From assembly GCA_011772645.1 (NCBI GenBank), contig WVZE01000001.1, positions 17,888 to 81,887 of the forward strand: a stretch of DNA of 64,000 nt, in the 5' to 3' direction. The notes beneath the pieces are model-generated. The model ran no database searches, was not told the DNA's origin, and was given only the letters and a program-made list of their open reading frames with translations. How positions within the stretch are numbered: position 1 is the stretch's first letter; each line of letters opens with the position of its first letter. Shown here piece by piece: positions 55,004-63,271 of this stretch. The position numbers and the translations under genes were made by a program. The DNA comes from Candidatus Aenigmatarchaeota archaeon. Its GTDB lineage: Archaea > Aenigmatarchaeota > Aenigmatarchaeia > QMZP01 > QMZT01.

Positions 55004-55900
55004 ATGAACAAAAAAGACATGGTGTCCGTTTTCTTGAAGGAAGGCGTGCTCGTCACACCGGATCTGCTGGAAAGGATCAACGAGGAAAACTACGAAGAAA
55101 TTTTGATGTCGCTCAAAGAAAAGAAGAAGCCAAAGGAAGAAAACAAACCCAAAAAAACCGCGGAAAGAAAGAAAGAGGCCGGCGTGAAAGATTTTTTAGA
55201 TTACTACAGCAGGAAATACGAGTTTCTCAAAGGGATCTTGTTGAAGAAAATGAATGCGGTCTCCATAAACAAGGGGAAGAAAATATTCTCCAAAACCTCG
55301 ATAATAGGGAGGGTGAAGGAAAAAACCTCAAGGGGATTTGTGATAGAGGATGTTACGGGCGAAGTGGAGGCCGTGACAGAGGGAAAGGGAACGGTGGAGG
55401 GGGACGTGATTGGCCTGAAAGGGTGGTTCAAGGAAGGCGGCTTCTTACCAGAAGAATTTGTTTGGCCGGACATTCCGCTGGCGAACAGGGGAGAACCCCC
55501 GAACTTTCTGTTAACCAGGAAGTTAACCGAAAAAATCAAGGAAAGAAGCGGAAAAGATGTTGTCATCAGTCTGGATTCTGAAGAAATAAAAACTCCAGAT
55601 CCACGCTGGATCGATGTTTCGCACGGAGAGAGAAAAGTCTCTGCCCTTATCCTTAGACCGGAAAACCCCATTGGAGAGGAGGGTTTTATGAATTTTCTGA
55701 AGAGGAGGGAACTTCCGCACGAAAGAAAAGCAGGCATATATACACCCTATCTTATAGAGAAAATACCAAACATAGTCTGGCTTATTGAGAACAAGGGAAA
55801 CTGGACCAAGAATTACAGGGGAGTAATCGTGGTATCAACAGACCATGAGAGTTTTTTCCAATATAAGGAGAACGAAGGGGGTAAATTTGAGAAAATATAA
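55004..55900 (+). CDS. DNA polymerase D small subunit (DP1)-like protein with a truncated, motif-less phosphodiesterase domain
   Basis: The N-terminus 'FLKEGVLVTPDLL' and the OB fold 'SIIGRVKEKTSRGFVIEDVTGEVEAV...GDVIGLKG...WPDIPL' look like DP1. The C-terminus 'FLKRRELPHE...YRGVIVVS' parallels the DP1 'L..RHLAP...YRGV' region. The protein is only 298 aa, and the DxH, GDxxDG, GNHD and GHxH metal motifs are absent. Confidence 0.6.
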   Translation: MNKKDMVSVFLKEGVLVTPDLLERINEENYEEILMSLKEKKKPKEENKPKKTAERKKEAGVKDFLDYYSRKYEFLKGILLKKMNAVSINKGKKIFSKTSIIGRVKEKTSRGFVIEDVTGEVEAVTEGKGTVEGDVIGLKGWFKEGGFLPEEFVWPDIPLANRGEPPNFLLTRKLTEKIKERSGKDVVISLDSEEIKTPDPRWIDVSHGERKVSALILRPENPIGEEGFMNFLKRRELPHERKAGIYTPYLIEKIPNIVWLIENKGNWTKNYRGVIVVSTDHESFFQYKENEGGKFEKI

Positions 55901-55945
55901 CAGTGTAATATCAACACTTTTTAATCGATCCCACATAAGATTAAT

Positions 55946-56620
55946 ATGCTTAAAATACTCCTCATCGCGGACGTTCACGGAGAAATAGAGAAACTCTCCA
56001 GATTTATCAAATCCTTCAGGGAAAGAGATTTCGATCTGGTTTTGTGCCCTGGAGACTTCACGGACATGTTCAACATCCCGGAAGGGTATACGCAGACGGA
56101 CGTTGCGGAAATTGTTCTGCAGAAACTTATTTCATTAGGTAAGCCCGTTTTTTGCATACCGGGCAATCACGAACCCTATGAAATTTTGGAGCTATTTAAT
56201 GAATACGGCGTGAACCTTCACGCGAAATCCAGAAAGTTCAGGGAATTCGAATTCATCGGTTTTGGCGGGGCCACCACCCCCTTCAACACAAAATTCGAAC
56301 CGACAGAGGATGAAATAAGGGAGAGCCTTTGGAGGCTGAAACCACGCTCTAACGGGAGGACTATCCTTGTGACGCACTGCCCTCCGTACGGAACAGTGGT
56401 GGATAAAACAGAAACAGGAGAACACGTCGGCTCGAAGACCATACGGGATTTCATAGAAAAGGAAAAACCAATTTTAGCATTTTCTGCTCACATACACGAG
56501 GCAGGAGGCGTTGATAAAATAGGAAGAACAGTGATATTCTATCCTGGAGCGATATTCAATAACTCGTACGGTTTGGTGACTATAGACAAAGAAGTAAAAT
56601 GCGAAACGAAAAAATTCTAA
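55946..56620 (+). CDS. Calcineurin-like metallophosphoesterase (stand-alone, ~225 aa)
   Basis: All motifs are present: 'IADVHG', 'PGDFTD', 'PGNHE', 'THCPPYG' and 'SAHIHE'. Confidence 0.8.
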   Translation: MLKILLIADVHGEIEKLSRFIKSFRERDFDLVLCPGDFTDMFNIPEGYTQTDVAEIVLQKLISLGKPVFCIPGNHEPYEILELFNEYGVNLHAKSRKFREFEFIGFGGATTPFNTKFEPTEDEIRESLWRLKPRSNGRTILVTHCPPYGTVVDKTETGEHVGSKTIRDFIEKEKPILAFSAHIHEAGGVDKIGRTVIFYPGAIFNNSYGLVTIDKEVKCETKKF

Positions 56621-57342
56621 CCAAGACCTTTCAGCATCGAGACAACATCCTCGACCCCTTCAAGCCTGCAGAGGGCGAGGGGGATGTTCTCCGCTTCTGC
56701 TATGTTCTTTGCAACATCATCAACCTTTTCTATACCATGCAGGACAACAAGACCGGGCTGGAGATTCGTTAGCTTTATCGCAACCATGGGCGTTCTTCCG
56801 GTGGTCACTCCTGTGAACACGAGCGCTCTCTGTGTTGTCGTCCCGTAGAGACCGATAAGCTGATTAAAGGAAAGTTCGGATATTGCTTTAACAGAATCTA
56901 TCACCGTATAACCATATATTTCCCTTTCAACTTTGCCCGCCTTTTTCGTCAGGATGTTTGCATTGATCTTTCTGCAGAAACTGTTGATCTCAACCCCGGA
57001 GGAAAATTCCCTTATGTCTATGACAGCTTTCGATATTTCCGGGCTCTGAAGAAAGGACTGGGCGAAACTCTTGATCACCTTCCCTCCTCTCCTTGAGTCA
57101 AGTTCCAGAAGCGCGTTCACATACTTCTTTATGACATTTATCCCAGGGGACTTCCTCCTCCCGGATTCATAATCGGATATGACAGAAGAAGTTATGCCCA
57201 GATAACCAGCGAGCTTTTTCTGGGAAAAATTGAATATGTTCCTCCACTTCTTGAGGACCCTCTCGGGATTTTCAGAGAGCACGATCTCTCCCACAATATC
57301 CTTCGCAAGCTTCTCCTTTGCGAGACCGGTTTCGTCAACCAT
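56617..57342 (-). CDS. XRE-family helix-turn-helix transcriptional regulator with a C-terminal uncharacterised domain
   Basis: 'FSQKKLAGYLGITSSVISDYESGRRK' is a cro/C1-type HTH. Confidence 0.65.
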   Translation of the reverse strand: MVDETGLAKEKLAKDIVGEIVLSENPERVLKKWRNIFNFSQKKLAGYLGITSSVISDYESGRRKSPGINVIKKYVNALLELDSRRGGKVIKSFAQSFLQSPEISKAVIDIREFSSGVEINSFCRKINANILTKKAGKVEREIYGYTVIDSVKAISELSFNQLIGLYGTTTQRALVFTGVTTGRTPMVAIKLTNLQPGLVVLHGIEKVDDVAKNIAEAENIPLALCRLEGVEDVVSMLKGLG

Positions 57343-57408
57343 AGAATTAATATACGTTAATTATTTAAATACTTATTTACTCTCTCGAACCCAAACAAAA
57401 CCGCTATG

Positions 57409-57429
57409 CGTTTAAACATTTGTTTAAAC
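57409..57429. promoter_or_regulatory. Two GTTTAAAC elements in the divergent promoter region between the XRE regulator and the TctA-like gene
   Basis: The sequence is 'gtttaaacatttgtttaaac'. It lies 35-55 nt upstream of the + strand start (57464) and 67-87 nt from the - strand start (57342). Confidence 0.4.
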
Positions 57430-57463
57430 TCAACTTCTTAAATCCCCTGAAAACAATTTATTA

Positions 57464-58687
57464 ATGTTCCTTGAGATCTTGCTCTTCCTCTTTCTCGGCA
57501 TAGCATTCGGGATGATTACCGGCCTGATCCCTGGCCTGCATCCGAACACGATCTTCATACTTGTGTTGTCGCTTGCCTTTGTTTTTACCTCCTTCCCTGT
57601 TCACTGCATGCTCGCCTTCATAATCTCCCTCGCCGTCTCCAACACGTTTTTCGATTTCATCCCAAGCATACTGTTCGGAGCGCCCGAGGAAGATTCCGTC
57701 CTCTCTGTCCTCCCGGGGCACAGAATGCTCCTGAAGGGAAGGGGTTACGAGGCTCTGTTCCTGACAGTGATGGGAGGTTTGGGAGTGATGTTATTAACCA
57801 TATCGAGCCTCCCCGCGCTCTTCTACTTTCTTCCCCTGCTCTACAACACGATAAAACCTGTCATGCACATCCTTCTATCGCTGGTCGTTCTCTGGATGAT
57901 CTTCACAGAGAAAGGGAAGAGAAGATTATACGCCCCTCCCCTCTTCCTCTTCGCTGGCATCCTCGGGTTTCTGACCCTGAACTCTCTCCCCTCTGAGCAG
58001 GTCCTCTTCCCTGCGTTGACGGGCCTCTTCGCCTTGAGCACGCTGGTAACGAGCATAATAACAAAGATCAAGCTCCCGCCCCAAAAGAAGACCTTTGAGA
58101 TAAAGGAGAGATGGTTGAAGGGGAGCGTTACAGGATGGCTCGCCGGCATGCTTGCAGGTTTGCTCCCTGGCATAGGCTCTTCACAGGCAGGCATAATTGC
58201 CGCCCAGGTTCTCAGGGCGAAACTGAAGGATTTCCTGGTCGCGCTTGGAGGAATAAACACCTCGAACATATTTTTCACCTTCATTGTTTTCTATGCAATC
58301 GGAAAAACAAGATCAGGAGCAGTCTGGGCGCTCTCCCAGATAATAGATACCATATCAATCTTTGATATCGCTCTCGTGTTTGCTGTTGGTTTCGTGGCTT
58401 GCATGATATCAGGGATACTGACAATAAAAACCGGCGGCCTCATCATCGAACGAATTAAAAACATAAATTACACAAGGATGATGCTTTTCACGCTGTCCAT
58501 GCTGTTGTTTTTGGTCTTCGCATTTACAGGGATCCCCGGTCTCATAATTTCATTAACAGGGATGTCCATCGGGTTGCTAGCGATTTCCCTTGGCATCAAG
58601 AGAACCCACCTGATGGGGTTCCTCCTGATACCGACAATCATTTACTTTTCAGGTTTGAACCCGTTTTTCTTGAACATGCTACTTTAG
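57464..58687 (+). CDS. Polytopic membrane protein, TctA/DUF112-like (COG1784-type)
   Basis: 407 aa and highly hydrophobic. 'GMITGLIPGLHPN' and 'LAGLLPGIGSSQAG' are repeated TctA-like motifs. Confidence 0.5.
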   Translation: MFLEILLFLFLGIAFGMITGLIPGLHPNTIFILVLSLAFVFTSFPVHCMLAFIISLAVSNTFFDFIPSILFGAPEEDSVLSVLPGHRMLLKGRGYEALFLTVMGGLGVMLLTISSLPALFYFLPLLYNTIKPVMHILLSLVVLWMIFTEKGKRRLYAPPLFLFAGILGFLTLNSLPSEQVLFPALTGLFALSTLVTSIITKIKLPPQKKTFEIKERWLKGSVTGWLAGMLAGLLPGIGSSQAGIIAAQVLRAKLKDFLVALGGINTSNIFFTFIVFYAIGKTRSGAVWALSQIIDTISIFDIALVFAVGFVACMISGILTIKTGGLIIERIKNINYTRMMLFTLSMLLFLVFAFTGIPGLIISLTGMSIGLLAISLGIKRTHLMGFLLIPTIIYFSGLNPFFLNMLL

Positions 58688-58903
58688 GGAACAGCCTGAA
58701 ATTTCACATGGAATTCACATGAAACACACGAAACCGTTATGCAGCTTACCATATCGGAAATTTCCACAGGAAATGAAGGTGTCCCCCCATTCACATAAAC
58801 TTTCGGAATATTAGATGAAGTTCTTATGTTCAAACTTCACGAGACTTTCGAAATAAAATGAACCAAAATGCTTCACAGTGAAGTTCAAAAACTTCATCGC
58901 TGG

Positions 58904-61540
58904 TTAATAAATCACACGCCTCGCAGGTCCTTGGGGGGAGTTGAACAGAAGCGTCCCCCCGCACTCACAAACCCCCCTGAGCGGCGGAAAATCATAGGTT
59001 TTATAACACTTCTCGCACACGAAACCCTCCATGTACTTGTAATAAACCTCTTTTGCTGCTTTGGCCTTTGAATTATTTGCAAACGCTGTGAACAGGCTGA
59101 CCTGCTTCCCCTTACCAAGCAACTCTGTCTTGGAAATGCCGAGTGCGATGAAAATCCTTTCCAGCGGTGGAAGAAGCTGGTTCTCTATGTAATACCTTGA
59201 ATCTATCGGAAGTTTTTTCTCTATAACGTAGAGAGGGTCTTCCGCTCTCTTGGAAAGAAGTTCTGCCCCCTTAACTATGACGTAACCTATCCTGTCCCCG
59301 ACGCCCGGGCACTCAGCAGGCGAGCGCTTCTTTATCTTCTTGACAAGTTCTGCATGTGGCTGAATCCCCGCATAACCTTCCGCCCTTTTTGTCATGGTCT
59401 TGGTTACTACAAGTTTCTGTATTGGAATCTTTCCCTCAATCATGCTGTCAGCAACGCCCTTAAAGTAATGAACAGCCTCTTTGATGTCGTTCTTCTTCAA
59501 GATTATTTCCAGAACCTTTTCGATGGTTTCCGACGTTAAATCACACCAGTCCCTTCTTACGGTCTCTATACCCTTTGTTTCCATCGTTTCTCTCCAGCCA
59601 TCCTCATCGGATTCAAAAGACCAGGCAGCATACCTCTTCTTTGTGAGCGGAAGGAATCTCTTGAAGGTCTTTTCAAACTCAAGCTCCATAACACCCTTCA
59701 GAACAGAGGTAACCCTTTTTGCTACTTCCTCTCCCGCCTTCTTTATTTCCTCGAGATTCTCGAAAGGAACTTTAACCATAACAGAATCCGTATCCCCGTA
59801 TATAACCTTGTAACCAAAGTCCTTCTCGATAAAGTCCTTTGTTTTCTTGATGGTTTCCCTGCCAAATGCTGTTATGGAATTCGCGATCTCCATTGAGTAT
59901 ACCTTCGCTCTAGGATATCCGAAATGCCCGTAGAATGCATTGGACATGATCTTCAGAGCTAATTCCTCCGCCGCGAGTTCCCTTATCTTACCGGAATCAG
60001 ACTCCTTCTTCATCTTTCCCTTCACCTTCTGCCTCTCCTCCATCAACCTCTCCAGTATCTTTGGTATTATGCCTTTTCGGATGTTTTCCGGGACAAACTT
60101 CGCCCCTGATGGAGAGGTCACGGGTTTCTCCACCCCGTCCTTCATGATCAGTGTCGTCGGACAGATGTTGAACGTCCTTATCAGGGAGGGATACATTGCC
60201 TTGAAGTCAAGGACAATCACTGATGAATGCAAACCCTTCTCCGGTTCCAGGACATACCCCCCTTTCAGTTCAGCCCTTCTCATTTTCTCTCTTTTGGAGA
60301 CCTCGCTACCATCCGGTTTGCAGGGAAGGACAAAATCCTCTTTGTTAAATTCCCTCAGTATCAGATTTTCTATCCTTGTAGTTTCTCCGGAATCCAGTAT
60401 GTCCTGAAGGAGCGTGCCGGAAATCTTTGCTAGAGCCACGTATTTATCCAGAAGGTTCAAATTCAAAACCAGCTTCATCGCCAGCTCCGAGTCTTTCTTT
60501 GAATATCTTATCAGCGACCTGAACTTCTCCTGGCTGCCCTTCCAGAACTTTTCTATCTGCGATTTTTTAACATCCTCCTTTCCCTCCCCCAACAGCTCGT
60601 TCGATACGGTATTCAAATCGTAACGTTTCATGGAGAAATCCCTCTTTATCATTTCGAAAGAATCAACCATCACTCTTCCGGCTATGTTTATTTTAAACCT
60701 GCTCATTATCTGATTCTTAGTTACGTGTTTCTTGCATCTTCCAAACATCGGAGATATGTTATTCTGCCTCATCCTCTCGAGTATGTACGGCATGTCAAAA
60801 TTATTGATGTTGAATCCCGTTATGACGTCAGGATCGTAATCCATTATGATGTTAATCAGTTCCTCTAACATTTCCTTCTCCCCCTCAAAGGGTTTTACAC
60901 CCCTGTCAGATCTTGTACTCAAAACGATCGATCTTTCCCCTTTATGTGGTTCGCTGAAAACAGCAGAGATCATTATTATGGGATCATCCCTGGAATCAGG
61001 CATTTCCCCCTCCTTTAGAGAGACGCATTCGATGTCAAGGCAGAGGAATCTCAGGGGAACCATCCCGTCCTTCCCAATCTTTTTGAAATTTTTAATGGGA
61101 ATTTTCCTCTGCGCGCTTACCGTGTTTGTCGTCACGCCTCCCGAACCATCAACCTCGATCCAGCCCATGCCCGCTAGGTCGAAATCGGCCATGAACCGGT
61201 ATTTGAACGGGATGTCCGCCTCAAAAACCTCAAAACCCCTTGACCTTAACTTGTCCCTGATTTCAGGGGTCTTTGCCGGATTCCTGAGAGTTATCCTGTG
61301 GAGGTCGATCGTTTGTTTTTGGTAACCAATCGGAAGAAACCTCTTAACCTTTTCCACTCTTATCACATTGCCTTCGCCTTTTACAGCCTCTTCGAGCTTC
61401 TCCCCCCTTGCATAGAAATATGGCAGGTAATCCTCGTAAAAACCGCAGACAGTCTCTCCATCCTCTGTCTTGCCGAATATCCTTATTATTGGCTTTTCAT
61501 CAACCATGGTATAGTCCACGTCGAGGATCTGAAAAAGCAT
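58904..61540 (-). CDS. polB: Family B DNA polymerase (PolB) with an extra C-terminal Cys4 zinc-ribbon tail
   Basis: Exo motifs ('CLDIE', 'GFNINNFDMPY') and Pol motifs ('DFKAMYPS', 'KIMSNAFYG', 'YGDTDS') are present. After the usual C-terminus ('YYIENQLLPPLERI...QVSLFTAF') there are about 58 more residues containing 'CEKCYKTYDFPPLRGVCECGG'. Confidence 0.95.
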   Translation of the reverse strand: MLFQILDVDYTMVDEKPIIRIFGKTEDGETVCGFYEDYLPYFYARGEKLEEAVKGEGNVIRVEKVKRFLPIGYQKQTIDLHRITLRNPAKTPEIRDKLRSRGFEVFEADIPFKYRFMADFDLAGMGWIEVDGSGGVTTNTVSAQRKIPIKNFKKIGKDGMVPLRFLCLDIECVSLKEGEMPDSRDDPIIMISAVFSEPHKGERSIVLSTRSDRGVKPFEGEKEMLEELINIIMDYDPDVITGFNINNFDMPYILERMRQNNISPMFGRCKKHVTKNQIMSRFKINIAGRVMVDSFEMIKRDFSMKRYDLNTVSNELLGEGKEDVKKSQIEKFWKGSQEKFRSLIRYSKKDSELAMKLVLNLNLLDKYVALAKISGTLLQDILDSGETTRIENLILREFNKEDFVLPCKPDGSEVSKREKMRRAELKGGYVLEPEKGLHSSVIVLDFKAMYPSLIRTFNICPTTLIMKDGVEKPVTSPSGAKFVPENIRKGIIPKILERLMEERQKVKGKMKKESDSGKIRELAAEELALKIMSNAFYGHFGYPRAKVYSMEIANSITAFGRETIKKTKDFIEKDFGYKVIYGDTDSVMVKVPFENLEEIKKAGEEVAKRVTSVLKGVMELEFEKTFKRFLPLTKKRYAAWSFESDEDGWRETMETKGIETVRRDWCDLTSETIEKVLEIILKKNDIKEAVHYFKGVADSMIEGKIPIQKLVVTKTMTKRAEGYAGIQPHAELVKKIKKRSPAECPGVGDRIGYVIVKGAELLSKRAEDPLYVIEKKLPIDSRYYIENQLLPPLERIFIALGISKTELLGKGKQVSLFTAFANNSKAKAAKEVYYKYMEGFVCEKCYKTYDFPPLRGVCECGGTLLFNSPQGPARRVIY

Positions 61541-61644
61541 ATAGAAAGTTTGAACCCAAACAATAAAACCATTTCGTTATCCAAACGTATAGGTTGAAAA
61601 ACAAGGGAAGCAAATGATATTTAAATCACGTTCCCAATATCTTA

Positions 61645-61977
61645 TTGATCTTTATGAAAATCAACCCGAAACAGCTGGAACGCGCCATGAAACAGATGGG
61701 CATGCAGATGGCACACATAGACGCGGAAGAAGTCGTGATCAAAACCCCGGACAAAGAAATCGTTATTTCCAACCCCGAGGTTTCGAAAATAAACGTGATG
61801 GGACAGGAAACGTTTCAGATAACAGGCGAGGTCTCGGAGAGATCGAGAGAGGGAGTCAGCGAAGAGGACGTGGAGATGGTCGCGGAACAGGCAGGTGTTT
61901 CCCCAGAAGAGGCGAAGGCCATGCTGGAAAAAACAAAAGACATTGCTGAGGCAATAGTCAAACTGAAGAAAGAATAG
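61645..61977 (+). CDS. nac: Nascent polypeptide-associated complex protein (NAC plus UBA domains)
   Basis: 'NPKQLERAMKQMGM' and 'EVVIKTPDKEIVISNPEVSKINVMGQETFQITGE' are present, with a UBA-like 'VAEQAGVSPEEAKAMLEKT'. Confidence 0.85.
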   Translation: MIFMKINPKQLERAMKQMGMQMAHIDAEEVVIKTPDKEIVISNPEVSKINVMGQETFQITGEVSERSREGVSEEDVEMVAEQAGVSPEEAKAMLEKTKDIAEAIVKLKKE

Positions 61978-62040
61978 TTCTGATTGTTTCTCGATTAAAA
62001 CAATTTAAATAAGGTTTCCAATATTATTACAAGGTGAAAG

Positions 62041-62643
62041 ATGATGAAATATATCTATAAAGCGATAGATTTCTTGAAAGCACCTGAAAAGAGCTTTAAT
62101 TCGGTAAAGGGGGAAAAACTTGGGGAGGCATTCAAATTCATGCTAGTGGTAGCGATAGTTTTTGCAGTGCTCAACGGAATAGTTGCAGGATTGATGGCGA
62201 GTTTCTTTCCAATGGGACTCGGCATGATGGGAGGAGCTACGCTTCTGCCGGTGATGATTGTAGGATCCATAGTGGGCGGCTACATAGGACTCATAATATT
62301 CCTAACAATATGGGGACTCTGGCTTCACCTATGGGCTTACATCTTCGGAGCAAGAAAAGGCCTGGAGCAGACATTGAAAACAGTCTACTACGGATTTTCG
62401 CCGCACTATCTGCTCGGCTGGATACCAGTAGTGTCAATATTAATTACACTGTGGTCTTTGGTCCTTCAGGGAATGGGAATCAAGAACTTGCACGGAATAA
62501 CAGGAGGGAGAGCAGCTTTGGCTCTGATAGTCGCAATACTGATACCACTTATAATAGGGGTTGCGCTGTTCCTTACGTTCCTTGCGGCAATATTTGCTGG
62601 TGCGGGATTTGGTGACCTCGGTCTAGGAAATTATATGTTCTAA
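62041..62643 (+). CDS. Yip1-domain-like integral membrane protein
   Basis: 200 aa with a short cytoplasmic N-terminus followed by five TM helices. The pattern is compatible with the YIP1/DUF1282 family. This is a weak assignment. Confidence 0.4.
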   Translation: MMKYIYKAIDFLKAPEKSFNSVKGEKLGEAFKFMLVVAIVFAVLNGIVAGLMASFFPMGLGMMGGATLLPVMIVGSIVGGYIGLIIFLTIWGLWLHLWAYIFGARKGLEQTLKTVYYGFSPHYLLGWIPVVSILITLWSLVLQGMGIKNLHGITGGRAALALIVAILIPLIIGVALFLTFLAAIFAGAGFGDLGLGNYMF

Positions 62644-62657
62644 AAACCCCCTTTAAT

Positions 62658-63266
62658 TTATTTAGAAATTTCCAGCTTTCTCTTTATCATTTTGTATCTC
62701 AGCAAATCCTCCCTGGCGAGTTCCTCGAGCCTAAGCTCGATCCACTTTTTCTCGCTTCTGAATTCGGGCAGCACGTAGTTCTCCAGGGAGTTCACAACCT
62801 TTCTCGTTTCCTTGATTTCCTTGGAAAGAACCTGGATCGAATTCTCTATTCCACCCACCTTAAGAACAGCTTCTAGGATCTCTTCAAACCTGAGCTTTGT
62901 TTTGTCGAACTTGACAGGAATGTTAAGTATCTGGAACCCCTTTTTTGATCTTTCCCAGAGAAACTCCGGCAAACCTATGCCCATAACCTTTCTTTCCCCT
63001 GTTTTCAGAGAACCTTCCGGGACAGAGAAGGCATCGCTCTTGACAGAAACAGTTCCAATTAACGATTCCAGAATTACGAGTTCCCTGAAAACCTTCATCA
63101 AGGCATCCTCCACGTATTTTCTCCTTTCCCCTCTTTCCTTGACGTACTCAAAGAACAAAACGACCAGGGATTCTATCTTGTCTTGGAGTATCTCCTTACC
63201 CCTTTCCGCTATGTTTATCTCTTCCTTCAGCCTCAGCAGACCCGTCCTGTTCGGATTCTCCCTCAT
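62658..63266 (-). CDS. atpD: A/V-type ATP synthase subunit D
   Basis: 'NRTGLLRLKEEINIAERGKEILQDK' and the coiled-coil C-terminus are characteristic. The start at MRENP is preferred because the track ORF start at 63320 overlaps the upstream small gene. Confidence 0.85.
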   Translation of the reverse strand: MRENPNRTGLLRLKEEINIAERGKEILQDKIESLVVLFFEYVKERGERRKYVEDALMKVFRELVILESLIGTVSVKSDAFSVPEGSLKTGERKVMGIGLPEFLWERSKKGFQILNIPVKFDKTKLRFEEILEAVLKVGGIENSIQVLSKEIKETRKVVNSLENYVLPEFRSEKKWIELRLEELAREDLLRYKMIKRKLEISK

Positions 63267-63271
63267 GAAAA

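Noticed and set aside
54997-55581. A 194-aa highly basic (Arg/Lys/Gly/Glu-rich) ORF overlapping the DP1-like gene in another frame. A similar R/K-rich ORF lies at 37147..37329 inside the P1 gene.
   Set aside because: These are alternative-frame read-through of purine-rich (GAA/AAG) coding sequence. The annotated frames have clear homologues.
55946-56620. The metallophosphoesterase considered as Mre11.
   Set aside because: It is far too short (224 aa), it lacks the Mre11 capping or DNA-binding region, and there is no adjacent rad50, herA or nurA.
58688-58903. The repeat-rich spacer considered as a degenerate CRISPR array.
   Set aside because: The repeats are short (12-13 bp), imperfect and irregularly spaced, and no cas genes are nearby.
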